DNA from: Gammaproteobacteria bacterium
GTDB lineage: Bacteria > Pseudomonadota > Gammaproteobacteria > UBA4575
Length of the DNA: 64,000 nucleotides
NCBI GenBank assembly: GCA_965203475.1
Contig: OZ241890.1
Location: 2,089,423 to 2,153,422, forward strand
Direction: 5' to 3'
Positions 53,214 to 63,377 of this stretch are shown piece after piece. Numbering within the stretch: position 1 is the first letter of the stretch; every line of letters begins with the position of its first letter. The position numbers and the translations under genes are program-made. The notes below the pieces were generated by a model. That model made no database searches and had not been told where the DNA came from. It saw only the letters and a program-made list of their open reading frames with translations.

Positions 53214-55859
53214 ATGAACGATACAGATCCACAAGAAACGCAAGAATGGCTAAATGCATTGCAGGCATTAGTACGGCATGGAGGCCCAGAGCGCGCGCAT
53301 TTTATTATTGAAGAACTCATCCATAGTGCAAGAATATCTGGAATCAATCTTCCGTTTCGAAATACTACGGCATATGTAAATACCATTCCCGTGGATCAAG
53401 AAGAACGACTCCCCGGTGATCCGCTCATGGAACATCGTGTGCGTTCACTGGAACGCTGGAACGCTTTAGCGACAGTGGTGCGCGCCAACAAAAAGTTTCC
53501 TGAACTTGGCGGGCATATATCGACCTATGCATCTGCGGCCACGTTGATAAGTATTGGTTTTAATCATTTTTTTCGTCCCACTACTGAATCGTTTGCAGGG
53601 GATTTAGTTTATTTTCAAGGCCATGCGGCACCTGGTGTGTATGCTCGCGCCTATTTGGAGGGCCGAATTTCAGAACAACAACTACAGCATTATCGAAGGG
53701 AGGTTGAAGGCAAAGGTTTATCCTCTTATCCACACCCCTGGTTGATGCCAAACTTTTGGCAGTTTCCAACCGTCTCTATGGGTTTGGCACCTATTATGGG
53801 GATCTATCAAGCGCGTTTTATGGAGTATTTACATGATCGGGGCATTATCGACAAATCTGATCGAAAAGTCTGGGTATTCACTGGTGATGGCGAGATGGAT
53901 GAACCGGAATCGCTGGGTGCCATTACGTTAGCAGCTCGAGAAGAATTGGATAATTTAATTTTCGTCATTAATTGTAATTTACAACGCTTAGATGGCCCTG
54001 TGCGTGGCAATGGAAAGATTATTCAGGAACTTGAAGGCAGTTTTCGAGGTGCAGGTTGGAATGTAATTAAAGTGTTATGGGGGGAAAACTGGGACCCACT
54101 ATTAGCACGTGACAAAGATGGAATTTTACGAAAACGTATGGAAGAAGCATTAGATGGAGATTATCAAAACTATCGTGCTAAAGGCGGTACCTATGTGCGC
54201 GAACATTTTTTTGGGAAGTATCCAGAACTTGAAAAACTGATTGAAAATATGACCGACGATGACATTTGGCGTTTAAACCGTGGTGGTCATGACCAACAAA
54301 AAGTATATGCAGCCTATGCTGCTGCAGTTAAACATAAAGGACAACCTACAGTAATTTTAGTTAAAACTGTAAAAGGATATGGATTAGGCAAAAGTGGTGA
54401 AAGCATGAATATCGCACATCAATTAAAAAAACCTGCAAAAGAATCTTTAATTGCCTTTCGTGATCGTTATGGCATTCCATTTAAAGATGATGAATTAGAA
54501 GATGTGCCATTTTATAAACCTCTAGAGAGCAGCGCAGAAATGCGCTACCTGAAGAAGCTTCGCAGTAAACTTGTTGGTGAAATTCCAAAACGCACACATG
54601 CTACGCAATCTTTAAAGATTCCATCCATCGAAATTTTTAAAGATTTACTGTCAGGGAGTGATGGTCGTGAAAATTCCACTACCATGGCCTTTGTTCGAAT
54701 TTTGTTGGCCTTAACACGTGATAAGTCTATTGCCGATTATGTAGTACCCATTGTGCCGGATGAAGCAAGAACGTTTGGTATGGAGGGCTTGTTTCGAAGC
54801 ATGGGAATTTATGCGCATAAAGGGCAACTGTATGATCCCGTAGATGCTGACCAGGTAATGTATTACCGTGAGGATCAAGCTGGTCAGATATTAGAAGAGG
54901 GCATTAACGAAGCCGGTGCAATGTCTTCTTGGATTGCAGCGGCCACCTCTTATACAGGGCACCACAGTCCCATGATTCCATTTTATATTTTTTATTCCAT
55001 GTTTGGTTTTCAGCGAGTAGGAGATTTGGCCTGGGCTGCCGGAGATAGTCGCGCACGTGGCTTTTTAATTGGCGGTACTGCGGGCCGTACTACTCTAGCT
55101 GGAGAGGGTTTGCAACATCAGGATGGCCATAGTCATGTACTCGCTTCTACTATCCCAAATTGTCGCGCCTATGATCCATGTTTTGCCTATGAGTTAGCGG
55201 TAATTGTGCATCATGGATTAAAAGACATGTTTGTAAAAAAACTAGACTACTTTTATTACATCACAGTAATGAATGAAAACTATGCACAACCTGCATTACC
55301 CAAGGGAAGTGAAGATGGAATTATCCAGGGCATGTATTGTTTGAGCAAATCAAAGACAGATGAAGCCCATGTTCAATTGCTAGGCAGTGGTGCAATTTTA
55401 CGAGAAGTTTTACAGGCAGCTGAATTACTAAAAAACGACTTTTCTATAACCTCAGATGTTTGGAGTGTTACTAGTTTTAATGAACTACGGCGTAATGGAA
55501 TGGAAGTACAACGTTGGAATATGCTGCATCCGGAAAAAGATCAAAGAATTTCTTATGTAGAACAAAATTTAAGCAACAAGAAAGGCCCTGTTATTGCCGC
55601 TACTGACTATATGAAAATATATGCAGACCAGATTCGACCTTATATTCATTCAAGATATGTTGTATTAGGCACGGATGGATTTGGTCGAAGTGATACTAGA
55701 GAAAAGTTGCGTTACTTTTTTGAAGTAAACGCACAGTACATTGCAATAACTGCACTACATGCTTTAGTTGAAGATAAATTACTGGATAAAAAGATATTAC
55801 AGACAGCGATAGAGAAGTATGCAATTGATCCTGAAAAACTAGATCCAGTTACTGTTTAA
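53214..55859 (+). CDS. aceE: pyruvate dehydrogenase E1 component (homodimeric type)
   Basis: 881 aa. ThDP motif GDGEMDEPES and transketolase-like domains. Confidence 0.9.
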   Translation: MNDTDPQETQEWLNALQALVRHGGPERAHFIIEELIHSARISGINLPFRNTTAYVNTIPVDQEERLPGDPLMEHRVRSLERWNALATVVRANKKFPELGGHISTYASAATLISIGFNHFFRPTTESFAGDLVYFQGHAAPGVYARAYLEGRISEQQLQHYRREVEGKGLSSYPHPWLMPNFWQFPTVSMGLAPIMGIYQARFMEYLHDRGIIDKSDRKVWVFTGDGEMDEPESLGAITLAAREELDNLIFVINCNLQRLDGPVRGNGKIIQELEGSFRGAGWNVIKVLWGENWDPLLARDKDGILRKRMEEALDGDYQNYRAKGGTYVREHFFGKYPELEKLIENMTDDDIWRLNRGGHDQQKVYAAYAAAVKHKGQPTVILVKTVKGYGLGKSGESMNIAHQLKKPAKESLIAFRDRYGIPFKDDELEDVPFYKPLESSAEMRYLKKLRSKLVGEIPKRTHATQSLKIPSIEIFKDLLSGSDGRENSTTMAFVRILLALTRDKSIADYVVPIVPDEARTFGMEGLFRSMGIYAHKGQLYDPVDADQVMYYREDQAGQILEEGINEAGAMSSWIAAATSYTGHHSPMIPFYIFYSMFGFQRVGDLAWAAGDSRARGFLIGGTAGRTTLAGEGLQHQDGHSHVLASTIPNCRAYDPCFAYELAVIVHHGLKDMFVKKLDYFYYITVMNENYAQPALPKGSEDGIIQGMYCLSKSKTDEAHVQLLGSGAILREVLQAAELLKNDFSITSDVWSVTSFNELRRNGMEVQRWNMLHPEKDQRISYVEQNLSNKKGPVIAATDYMKIYADQIRPYIHSRYVVLGTDGFGRSDTREKLRYFFEVNAQYIAITALHALVEDKLLDKKILQTAIEKYAIDPEKLDPVTV

Positions 55860-55867
55860 CTGTTTTC

Positions 55868-57106
55868 ATGCCTGATTTAAAACCAATAAAAATCACTGAT
55901 ATTGAAGAATTTGATTCTGTGGACGTCGTTGAAATTCTGGTGAATGTTGGCGATGAAATTTCACAAGATCAAGCAATTATCACCCTTGAAAGCGAAAAGG
56001 CGATGATGGATTTTCCTTCTAAATATGCAGGTGTAGTACATGAAATTAGTGTGCAAGAAGGCGGTTCCGTCAAAGAAGGTGATACATTATTAACACTAAG
56101 TGTTGTATCAGATAAAACAGTAAATAAAAAAGATAAAGAAGAAGCCTCTGACAAAGAATCAATTAATAAGCTTGGATCTCCGCTCAGCGAGGAAAAAAAG
56201 GTAACACATACACCCAAAGCAACTTCTGAACCGAGCCAAGCCTATGCAAGCCCAAGCGTACATAAATATGCCAGAGAGTTAGGCGTTACGCTTGAAAATG
56301 TACAAGGTAGTGGAAATAACAGTAGAGTTTTACATGACGATGTACAAACACATGTACGTGAAAATCTTTATGAAAATAAATCTGCAATAAATAGTAAGCC
56401 TTTGGATTTTTCTGCATTTGGAGAAACAGAAGTAGTTCCGCAGACAAAAATTCAAAAAGTCACCGAAAAAAATATGCAAAATGCTTGGCGAAGCATTCCC
56501 CATGTCACGCATTTTGATCAGGCGGATGTTACAAAACTCGAATTACATAGAAAAAAACTAGCTGAGAAATTAAAAGAAAAACAAATTAAACTTACACCAT
56601 TAGCTTTTATTGTAAAAGCATTAGTAAACGCTTTAAAAGCGTACCCACAATTTAATGCATCCTTGGATATAGCCACTCAATCTATAATTTATAAAAAGTA
56701 TTACAATATTGGAATTGCGGTAGATACGCCGCATGGCTTGTTAGTGCCTGTTATTCACAATGCGGATACAAAAACAGTTGAACAAATTGCTGGGGAGTTA
56801 ATGCAACTGAGTAGCTTAGCAAGAGACCGCAAATTATCAGTAAAACAAATGTCAGGTGCTTGCATGTCTATTTCTAGTTTGGGTGTGCTCGGGGGGCAAG
56901 CATTTACACCTATTATTAACCCGCCTGAAGTAGCTATTCTTGGCGTGTCCAAAATGATGATAAAGGAAAAGAGTAATACTACAGAACAGAAGCTATTGCC
57001 GCTTTCCTTGTCCTATGATCACAGAGTTATTAATGGTGCGGATGCAGCAAAATTTTGTTCGCATCTCATCTCAGTATTGGAGGATATTTGGAAACTGATA
57101 TTGTAG
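55868..57106 (+). CDS. aceF: dihydrolipoamide acetyltransferase E2 (single lipoyl domain)
   Basis: 412 aa. Lipoyl-Lys motif LESEKAMMD. E3-binding domain. Catalytic DHRVINGA. Confidence 0.85.
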   Translation: MPDLKPIKITDIEEFDSVDVVEILVNVGDEISQDQAIITLESEKAMMDFPSKYAGVVHEISVQEGGSVKEGDTLLTLSVVSDKTVNKKDKEEASDKESINKLGSPLSEEKKVTHTPKATSEPSQAYASPSVHKYARELGVTLENVQGSGNNSRVLHDDVQTHVRENLYENKSAINSKPLDFSAFGETEVVPQTKIQKVTEKNMQNAWRSIPHVTHFDQADVTKLELHRKKLAEKLKEKQIKLTPLAFIVKALVNALKAYPQFNASLDIATQSIIYKKYYNIGIAVDTPHGLLVPVIHNADTKTVEQIAGELMQLSSLARDRKLSVKQMSGACMSISSLGVLGGQAFTPIINPPEVAILGVSKMMIKEKSNTTEQKLLPLSLSYDHRVINGADAAKFCSHLISVLEDIWKLIL

Positions 57107-57111
57107 AACAC

Positions 57112-57714
57112 CTATAAATATTCTAAATAATAAATAATTGCGCCTAAGGCGATTAATACAATTTCTGTAATACTTATCGCAATAATTAAAAATGTAATTC
57201 TTCTCGCAGAAGGTTTTATCGGCAACCAAATTTTAGTTTTATAAAATCTCCATGGGCTAAACCAAGACCATCGTTGCCATTGGAAAATAAAGGATTGAAT
57301 GTCTTCTGCCCATTTCGTTAAGCTTTTGTCAACCTCTACAAGCCGTGGGCTGACTTCATTTTGTGGAAGCCTTTTATATTGTTCCTCGATGATTAGTTTT
57401 GATCCTTCTGGTATCGGATGAATTGAAATGGTTGTGTTTGACTTAATACCATTTTCGTATACAAGTCGAATTTCATGATCAATTTTTTCTACATGAATTG
57501 CGGTGTGAATCGTAAATGCAGGTTTTTGACTTAAATTCGTTGCCGTAAAAAAATAATCTTGTGGCCCTAGCTGTTCCCAGCTTTCAAAAACTAAATAAGG
57601 GTTGATACGAAATAATCGCTCTATGTCATTACAAAAGTCTAATAGTTGCGATGCAAGTAGTGGAGTTTTAAATTCTACCCAGGCTTTGTCTTCAGTGCCT
57701 GGCTCATTAAGCAT
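57112..57714 (-). CDS. hypothetical protein with C-terminal TM anchor
   Basis: 200 aa. Soluble N-terminal domain then FLIIAISITEIVLIALGAIIYY. Confidence 0.45.
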   Translation of the reverse strand: MLNEPGTEDKAWVEFKTPLLASQLLDFCNDIERLFRINPYLVFESWEQLGPQDYFFTATNLSQKPAFTIHTAIHVEKIDHEIRLVYENGIKSNTTISIHPIPEGSKLIIEEQYKRLPQNEVSPRLVEVDKSLTKWAEDIQSFIFQWQRWSWFSPWRFYKTKIWLPIKPSARRITFLIIAISITEIVLIALGAIIYYLEYL

Positions 57715-58174
57715 TCGGAAAGGGAATTTGCAATACAGGTGATTTAATTTGTTTTGTGATTTTCGTGGAAAACATTTTTGATCTGAGTCCCGAAATTGTT
57801 TTGGGTCGTGATGAACCTAAAATAATTACATCAAATGTAGATTTATTGCTGGTAGTAGCTAAACATTGTTGTGGATTGCCAATATAAATCGATGCACTAT
57901 AGGAAGCCTGCAGATCCTCAACATTTGTTTTAACACGATTTATAGTATTTTGAACTTCTTTAGACAACTCATACTCTAGGTAATTGCCAAATCTCTGTTG
58001 AGTAATATCGTTATTTAACCAGTCATCTCCCATCATATTTTTCCAAAATTCTGGTATTACGTATAAATGGGTTACATGAACATTTTTAGAACACATTCCA
58101 TAAGTAGCTTGTTCGGCAGCTTGGGCGCCTTGTGTGCCGTGACTGGCTAATAGTATTTTTATTATAGATTTCAA
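57707..58174 (-). CDS. universal stress protein (UspA family)
   Basis: 155 aa. ILLASHGTQG...VIILGSSR... alpha/beta Usp pattern. Confidence 0.6.
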   Translation of the reverse strand: MKSIIKILLASHGTQGAQAAEQATYGMCSKNVHVTHLYVIPEFWKNMMGDDWLNNDITQQRFGNYLEYELSKEVQNTINRVKTNVEDLQASYSASIYIGNPQQCLATTSNKSTFDVIILGSSRPKTISGLRSKMFSTKITKQIKSPVLQIPFPNA

Positions 58175-58176
58175 TT

Positions 58177-58296
58177 TTAGTACACGAGATACACAAAAAA
58201 TGCGATTAATAACGCTATTATTAATGCCATTAAATCTTCTCTACGATCACTACTGAAAATTGATAATGTACTTCCACGATCAAATTTTTGTTCTTG
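58177..58296 (-). CDS. possible 39-aa tail-anchored membrane peptide (MQEQKFDRGSTLSIFSSDRREDLMALIIALLIAFFVYLVY)
   Basis: Fills the gap between the transporter and usp. Stop lies 2 nt before the usp ATG. No homology evidence. Confidence 0.25.
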   Translation of the reverse strand, partial: QEQKFDRGSTLSIFSSDRREDLMALIIALLIAFFVYLVY

Positions 58297-58319
58297 CATG
58301 ATATTTTCCGTATTAAAAG

Positions 58320-59900
58320 TTAAATTGTTTCCGATATGAATAAAACAACTACCACTAAAGACAACACAGCTTTTACAAGTCCTACAATGCCACCGATTAT
58401 GGCCGGCTGACCACCAGCTTGTCGCATGGCAGAAACCGTAATTTGCATCCCAAGTCCGACTAAACCAAAAGCAAATAGCCAAGTAATCCAATCACGAAAT
58501 GCTTTAATTTTTTTGGCTGTATGCCGTACAGCCTTATGTGCTTTTTTTAGAATTTGATTAGCATTTTTCGTGAGTATATTCGCATTAACTAAGCCTCTTA
58601 AAGTGTCATCGTCTTCAATACTCATGACTTTGCCATTTGCGATTAATTTTTGTAGTGCTTGATTGCGTTCTATATGCTGAATTTTGAAAGCTTCATTACT
58701 TAGTAGTTCACGTTCCTCTGAAGTGAGAAGATTTTCAGTTTTGAATCCAGTTTTTTCTGTATTTCCAAAGTATTTACCTTTGTAGTGATTCGCGGGCGCG
58801 AAGATTCCAGTTGTTGATAAAGCAAATAACAAAATGAATCCGAGTACAAATATTGGAAATTTTTCAAACATCACTCTTCCAACATTTATATCTGCCACGG
58901 CACTTTCTTCGCGTTTTACATACCAAATGGCAAGCCATAAAACGATAATAGGTAATACGAGTACACGAGTTATATTAAAAATTTCCGCAACTTTAAGTGT
59001 TTCTATTCCATCCGGTTGATAAGCAAGTGCGGCACCTGCAACTTGAGCCGAATTTAAAATACCTGTGCCTGCCCACGCGCCAAATTGCACATGTGAAAGA
59101 TTGAGCAAATGCCCAACGATTGGAAATACAAACATGCAGCCAACGCCCCATAGTAAAATAGTGCCAATTGTGTACGCGATTTCGACGGACTTTGCTTGTA
59201 CTACTGGTGCGGCAGCAACGGTTGCAGAGACGCCACATACGCCCATTCCAGCCGAAAGCACCCCGCCCATAGAATTTGGCACTTTCATTCGGGCTCCAAT
59301 CCACAACACTAAGCCAACAGAGCCCAAGACAAAAAAGCCAATCATAATGATGGATAAACCACCCAGGTTTCTTAGTTCTGCAGCACTGTATAAGGTGCCC
59401 AGTAAGATTACACCAGTCTTAAGCCCCAAGCGTGAAAGCCGAACCCCATTTTCTGCCCAGCTCGGTACACGAAATACATTGACGATAATAATCCCAGCTA
59501 AAATTCCCAACACGACATAATTTAATCCAAGAATAGTGTGTAAATGTTTCCCGGTGTTCCCAATTTTGCCGAAAGATTCGCTAAGTACAGCAATTTCGGG
59601 CGCCACAAACCAGCGTACAAGCATGGCAATTAACAAAATAAACATTGCCCCAGCCACGGTTGATAAGTAATAGTCAAATTCCCCTTCTTTGTGTTTGCCA
59701 AACCATTGCCAAAAACCTAATACAACGGAAACAATTCCAAAATAAAGTGGCAGATAAAGAAGTTCGTTAGAATACTTATACTTAGCCCCACCTAAATGTT
59801 CGATATAAGGAGAAATAAAGTCGGTCTTTGCTACAAGCCATATGGCAAGCATAATTAAACCGATTATGAATAGTACGGGTGATTTTTTTGTATAAATCAT
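58320..59900 (-). CDS. YeiH/UPF0324-like membrane transporter with roughly 100-aa cytoplasmic coiled-coil insertion
   Basis: 526 aa. More than 10 TM helices. Gly-rich segments typical of UPF0324. Charged insert TSEERELLSNEAFKIQHIERNQALQKL. Confidence 0.5.
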   Translation of the reverse strand: MIYTKKSPVLFIIGLIMLAIWLVAKTDFISPYIEHLGGAKYKYSNELLYLPLYFGIVSVVLGFWQWFGKHKEGEFDYYLSTVAGAMFILLIAMLVRWFVAPEIAVLSESFGKIGNTGKHLHTILGLNYVVLGILAGIIIVNVFRVPSWAENGVRLSRLGLKTGVILLGTLYSAAELRNLGGLSIIMIGFFVLGSVGLVLWIGARMKVPNSMGGVLSAGMGVCGVSATVAAAPVVQAKSVEIAYTIGTILLWGVGCMFVFPIVGHLLNLSHVQFGAWAGTGILNSAQVAGAALAYQPDGIETLKVAEIFNITRVLVLPIIVLWLAIWYVKREESAVADINVGRVMFEKFPIFVLGFILLFALSTTGIFAPANHYKGKYFGNTEKTGFKTENLLTSEERELLSNEAFKIQHIERNQALQKLIANGKVMSIEDDDTLRGLVNANILTKNANQILKKAHKAVRHTAKKIKAFRDWITWLFAFGLVGLGMQITVSAMRQAGGQPAIIGGIVGLVKAVLSLVVVVLFISETI

Positions 59901-59918
59901 GGTCTAAAATACTAACCT

Positions 59919-61820
59919 ATGTTCCAAGATAGTGAAATCGATCAAGATGATATTCCTATCCATCGAGATACTTTAAGTACACCATTTCAACATGTACTGC
60001 AAAAACGTCTTGACCGTCGTAGTTTTATAAAAGCCACAGCAGTTACAAGTGGCTGGCTCATGTTTGGAGAAGCCGCTTGGACAACCGACACTAAGACAGA
60101 ATTAACTTTTAAAGAAGTATCGCATGGGCTTGATGAAGATTTACATATTGCAGATCACTATACATATCAAGTGTTATTACGTTGGGGAGACTCTATATTT
60201 TTAGACGCTCCTGATTTTAATCCACACCAACAATCTGAAAAATCTCAGCTCAGGCAATTTGGATATAACAATGATTTTCTAGAATTTTTACCTATCACTT
60301 TTAATATAGAAAATTCCAAACACGGATTATTAGTCGTCAATCACGAATATGTGAATAGTCGTTTAATGCATCCTAATTCTCCCAATCCATTTGATTTGTC
60401 CAAGCAACAACTGGCTACAGAAATGGCTGCGCATGGATTGAGTATTATCGAAGTGAAACAAAAGAAGCAAGTTTGGGAGGTGGTGCGCTCCTCTAAATTC
60501 AATCGACGCATTACTCCACGTACAAGAACGATGTTTTCCGGACCAGCAATAGGCAGTGATCGTGTCAAAGCAAAGTTTTCAGCTGATGGAAAAATATGTC
60601 TGGGCACGTTTGCAAATTGTGCTGGTAGCGTAACACCGTGGGGTACGATTTTAACTGCAGAAGAAAATATACAAGCATATTTTATGGGAGATGCATTAAA
60701 CACCAAGGAGGGGAAAAGTTATAGAAGATTTGGATTATTAGGCGACAAAACATCATTATCAGCATGGGCCAAATTAGATTCAAAATGGAATATTAACGAA
60801 CACCCACAGGCAGGCTTGCATGCAGGTTGGATAGTTGAAATAAATCCCTACGATGCGAATTTTGTTCCAATAAAAAGAACAGCGTTAGGTCGATGCAAGC
60901 ACGAAGGATGTGGAATTCACATAAACAAGGATCAACGCATTGTTATATATATGGGAGATGATCAAGCTTTTGAATATATTTATCGATTTGTTAGTAAACG
61001 AAAATATCAACCAAAAGATTTACAATACAATTTGTCTTTACTGGATGAAGGGGAGTTATCTGTCGCTGAATTTAAAGAAGATGGAAAATTAATTTGGCAC
61101 CCACTGGTGTGGGGACAAGACCCACACACTGGAGACAATGGGTTTAGTAACCAAGCGGATGTTGTAATTGATATGCGCTATGCGGCAGATTTGGTAAATG
61201 CGACGCCTATGGATAGGCCCGAAGAAATTAAAGTAAACCCTGTAAGTACACATGTATTTGCAGTAATGACAGGAAATATTAAACGTGATCCCTTACATTT
61301 AAATGCCGCAAATTCACGACCACTCAATCGCCATGGGCATATTCTTGAACTGATTGCGCCTGATCAAGACCATACTGCGGCAGAATTCACTTGGGAAGTT
61401 TTTGTGTTAGCAGGAAACCCGAAACGATTATTAGATCAGGCTAAATATCATCCCAAACTATCTAAGCACGGTTGGTTTTCAAATCCAGATAATTGCACAT
61501 TTGATGGAGATGGAAGATTGTGGGTCGCTTCCGATGGGTTTTATCGACATGGAAGTGCGGATGGAATTTGGGTTGCAGAAGTACAAGGCACTAACAAAGC
61601 ATTGTTTAAACAATTTTTGCGAGCTCCCCATGCAGCGGAAATTTGCAGTCCATGTTTCACTCCAAATCGAAGAACCATGTTTTGTTCTGTACAACATCCA
61701 GGAGGCGATTCCACTTTTAGCAAACCCTCAACGCGTTGGCCAGATTTTGATAAAAATATCCCACCTCGTCCTTCTGTAATAGCAATTAAAAACAATGATG
61801 GAGATGTGATTGGTACTTAA
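59919..61820 (+). CDS. phoX: PhoX-family (DUF839) Tat-exported phosphatase
   Basis: 633 aa. Tat motif LDRRSFIKATAV. Length and beta-propeller-like repeat content fit PhoX. Confidence 0.55.
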   Translation: MFQDSEIDQDDIPIHRDTLSTPFQHVLQKRLDRRSFIKATAVTSGWLMFGEAAWTTDTKTELTFKEVSHGLDEDLHIADHYTYQVLLRWGDSIFLDAPDFNPHQQSEKSQLRQFGYNNDFLEFLPITFNIENSKHGLLVVNHEYVNSRLMHPNSPNPFDLSKQQLATEMAAHGLSIIEVKQKKQVWEVVRSSKFNRRITPRTRTMFSGPAIGSDRVKAKFSADGKICLGTFANCAGSVTPWGTILTAEENIQAYFMGDALNTKEGKSYRRFGLLGDKTSLSAWAKLDSKWNINEHPQAGLHAGWIVEINPYDANFVPIKRTALGRCKHEGCGIHINKDQRIVIYMGDDQAFEYIYRFVSKRKYQPKDLQYNLSLLDEGELSVAEFKEDGKLIWHPLVWGQDPHTGDNGFSNQADVVIDMRYAADLVNATPMDRPEEIKVNPVSTHVFAVMTGNIKRDPLHLNAANSRPLNRHGHILELIAPDQDHTAAEFTWEVFVLAGNPKRLLDQAKYHPKLSKHGWFSNPDNCTFDGDGRLWVASDGFYRHGSADGIWVAEVQGTNKALFKQFLRAPHAAEICSPCFTPNRRTMFCSVQHPGGDSTFSKPSTRWPDFDKNIPPRPSVIAIKNNDGDVIGT

Positions 61821-62467
61821 TTTGCCGGCATCCATTGAATGGAGTGAATTAGGGCAGCGAGTTTTTGGTCCATTTTTAAAATTGTATTTTTCCAGATTGA
61901 TTCATCGTCAATACAAGATTCTTCTGCCTTATCTTGGCCATGTTCTCGTATGATGATTCCCGATTGAGTTCTATACACTGTAAAAATTGTTTCTGGCGTC
62001 ATTTTTTCATAGGCTGAACTTCCGTAAACTGTGTCAATAGGTGGAAACTTATTGTCATATTGTTCAGCAAGTTGACTTAAATCAATAGTTGATGACTGTT
62101 TCAACTCATGTGCACTATGTGCTTGAGTATTTTCATCCTCGATATCTATGTAACGCCCTGATAAACGATCGACTCGATACATTGCATCTACACCGAATAG
62201 TGTTGTCCAAGATTTCCATTTTAAAAATTGTGCATCAATACGCCATTCATCGCCATAGAGCCGATAAATTTTTTCTTCACACTGTTCCCCTAAGCGCAAT
62301 AAGGCATCAAATTCTTGTTGTTGGACAGGGATAAATCGTAATTGAACAATTGGTTTTTCATCTGTCAGCCTTTGGTAGGTGTATACATTTCCTAACACCA
62401 AAAATGACAAAATGATTAACGCTATTATTGTAAATTTAAATACCGTGCGCGAAATAAAACGAAACAT
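61817..62467 (-). CDS. hypothetical membrane-anchored protein
   Basis: 216 aa. N-terminal TM/signal anchor. Convergent 4-nt overlap with phoX. Confidence 0.45.
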   Translation of the reverse strand: MFRFISRTVFKFTIIALIILSFLVLGNVYTYQRLTDEKPIVQLRFIPVQQQEFDALLRLGEQCEEKIYRLYGDEWRIDAQFLKWKSWTTLFGVDAMYRVDRLSGRYIDIEDENTQAHSAHELKQSSTIDLSQLAEQYDNKFPPIDTVYGSSAYEKMTPETIFTVYRTQSGIIIREHGQDKAEESCIDDESIWKNTILKMDQKLAALIHSIQWMPAN

Positions 62468-62659
62468 TTATCAATAATGATTAAGAGGTAAAAATACGTT
62501 TAGGAACTGTTGAACATATATTCAAATGTGAACCCTATCACGTTTTTAATACTGAAATTTCCCGTTTATCTAGTTGAATAATCCGACGAGAACTATAGCC
62601 ATATAATTTTTGTAGTAAATAGTAGTACTACCCATATTTCGAACTACTGGGAGAAAGAT

Positions 62660-62908
62660 ATGTGGGGACGAAAAAAAGCAAATAAAGTTGACTCGTCGAT
62701 ACAAAAATCTGTGTTGTTAGATCGCAGAAGTGAAAAAGTTGATCGACGATCCTTTGGACCGCCTACAAAGTTTCCTTTTATTGATACAAAAGGGAAGGTT
62801 ATAAAAGTTGATCGTCGTGCTGTGCCTGACCGTCGCATTAATAACATTGAAGTGAAAGAAGATCATCTTTCATTTGATATGTCTCGTTTCGATAAATCTC
62901 AAAAATAA
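62660..62908 (+). CDS. small basic protein with four (V/P)DRR repeats
   Basis: 82 aa. GGAGA SD 7 nt upstream. DNA-level direct repeat aaagttgatcg(a/t)cg at 62728 and 62805. Confidence 0.5.
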   Translation: MWGRKKANKVDSSIQKSVLLDRRSEKVDRRSFGPPTKFPFIDTKGKVIKVDRRAVPDRRINNIEVKEDHLSFDMSRFDKSQK

Positions 62909-62970
62909 AAAATATCATAGTAGGCCCAGTAGGACTTGAGCCTAGGACCAAAGGATCATCCTCTTTGCCG

Positions 62971-62995
62971 TGTACTAACGGCCAATAGTGGACAT
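62971..62995. repeat. degenerate copy of the repeat hairpin module
   Basis: tgtactaacggccaatagtggacat resembles tgtccgttaacgacccaaagcggacat. Confidence 0.4.
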
Positions 62996-63050
62996 TAAGA
63001 ATTTTAAGAAATATTAGCCATATAGAAAATGGCATTAAGTGGAAACATTG

Positions 63051-63377
63051 TTATGACACTTCATCCCAATGTTCAACCGCTTCCCCACGTACATCGATTT
63101 CGTACCTAAAGGTATGTCGGGTTCCATCAAGTACAAACTTTTTAATTCTATTGTCTTCGTAAATCATTTCTCTTCTAGACGAAGATAGTGGGTCAGCACC
63201 AGGATGAAATATTCTAAATGCATCTGTATTTTTATGTTGTTTCATGATTGCATCAGACTTTAGTTTCCATGAGAGTAATTTTGCGGCTTTATCCCAGTTA
63301 TCGCCTTGTACAGAGGGAAGCCGATCATAAAATTCATACCAAATTACAAATAGTAGTATGAATAACGCAGTGAGCAT
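63051..63377 (-). CDS. hypothetical membrane protein (start taken at MLTALFILLF)
   Basis: ATG overlaps the upstream stop in a TAATG junction. N-terminal TM then roughly 85-aa soluble domain. Confidence 0.5.
   Translation of the reverse strand: MLTALFILLFVIWYEFYDRLPSVQGDNWDKAAKLLSWKLKSDAIMKQHKNTDAFRIFHPGADPLSSSRREMIYEDNRIKKFVLDGTRHTFRYEIDVRGEAVEHWDEVS

Noticed and set aside
62918-62970. Possible tRNA or tRNA fragment (ggcccagtaggacttgagcctagg resembles a T-arm plus acceptor on the minus strand)
   Set aside because: I could not fold a consistent cloverleaf. The putative T-stem pairs only 4/5, there is no anticodon arm of the right spacing and no CCA-compatible acceptor. More likely a hairpin (aaagga-tcat-cctcttt) acting as terminator of the 62660 gene.
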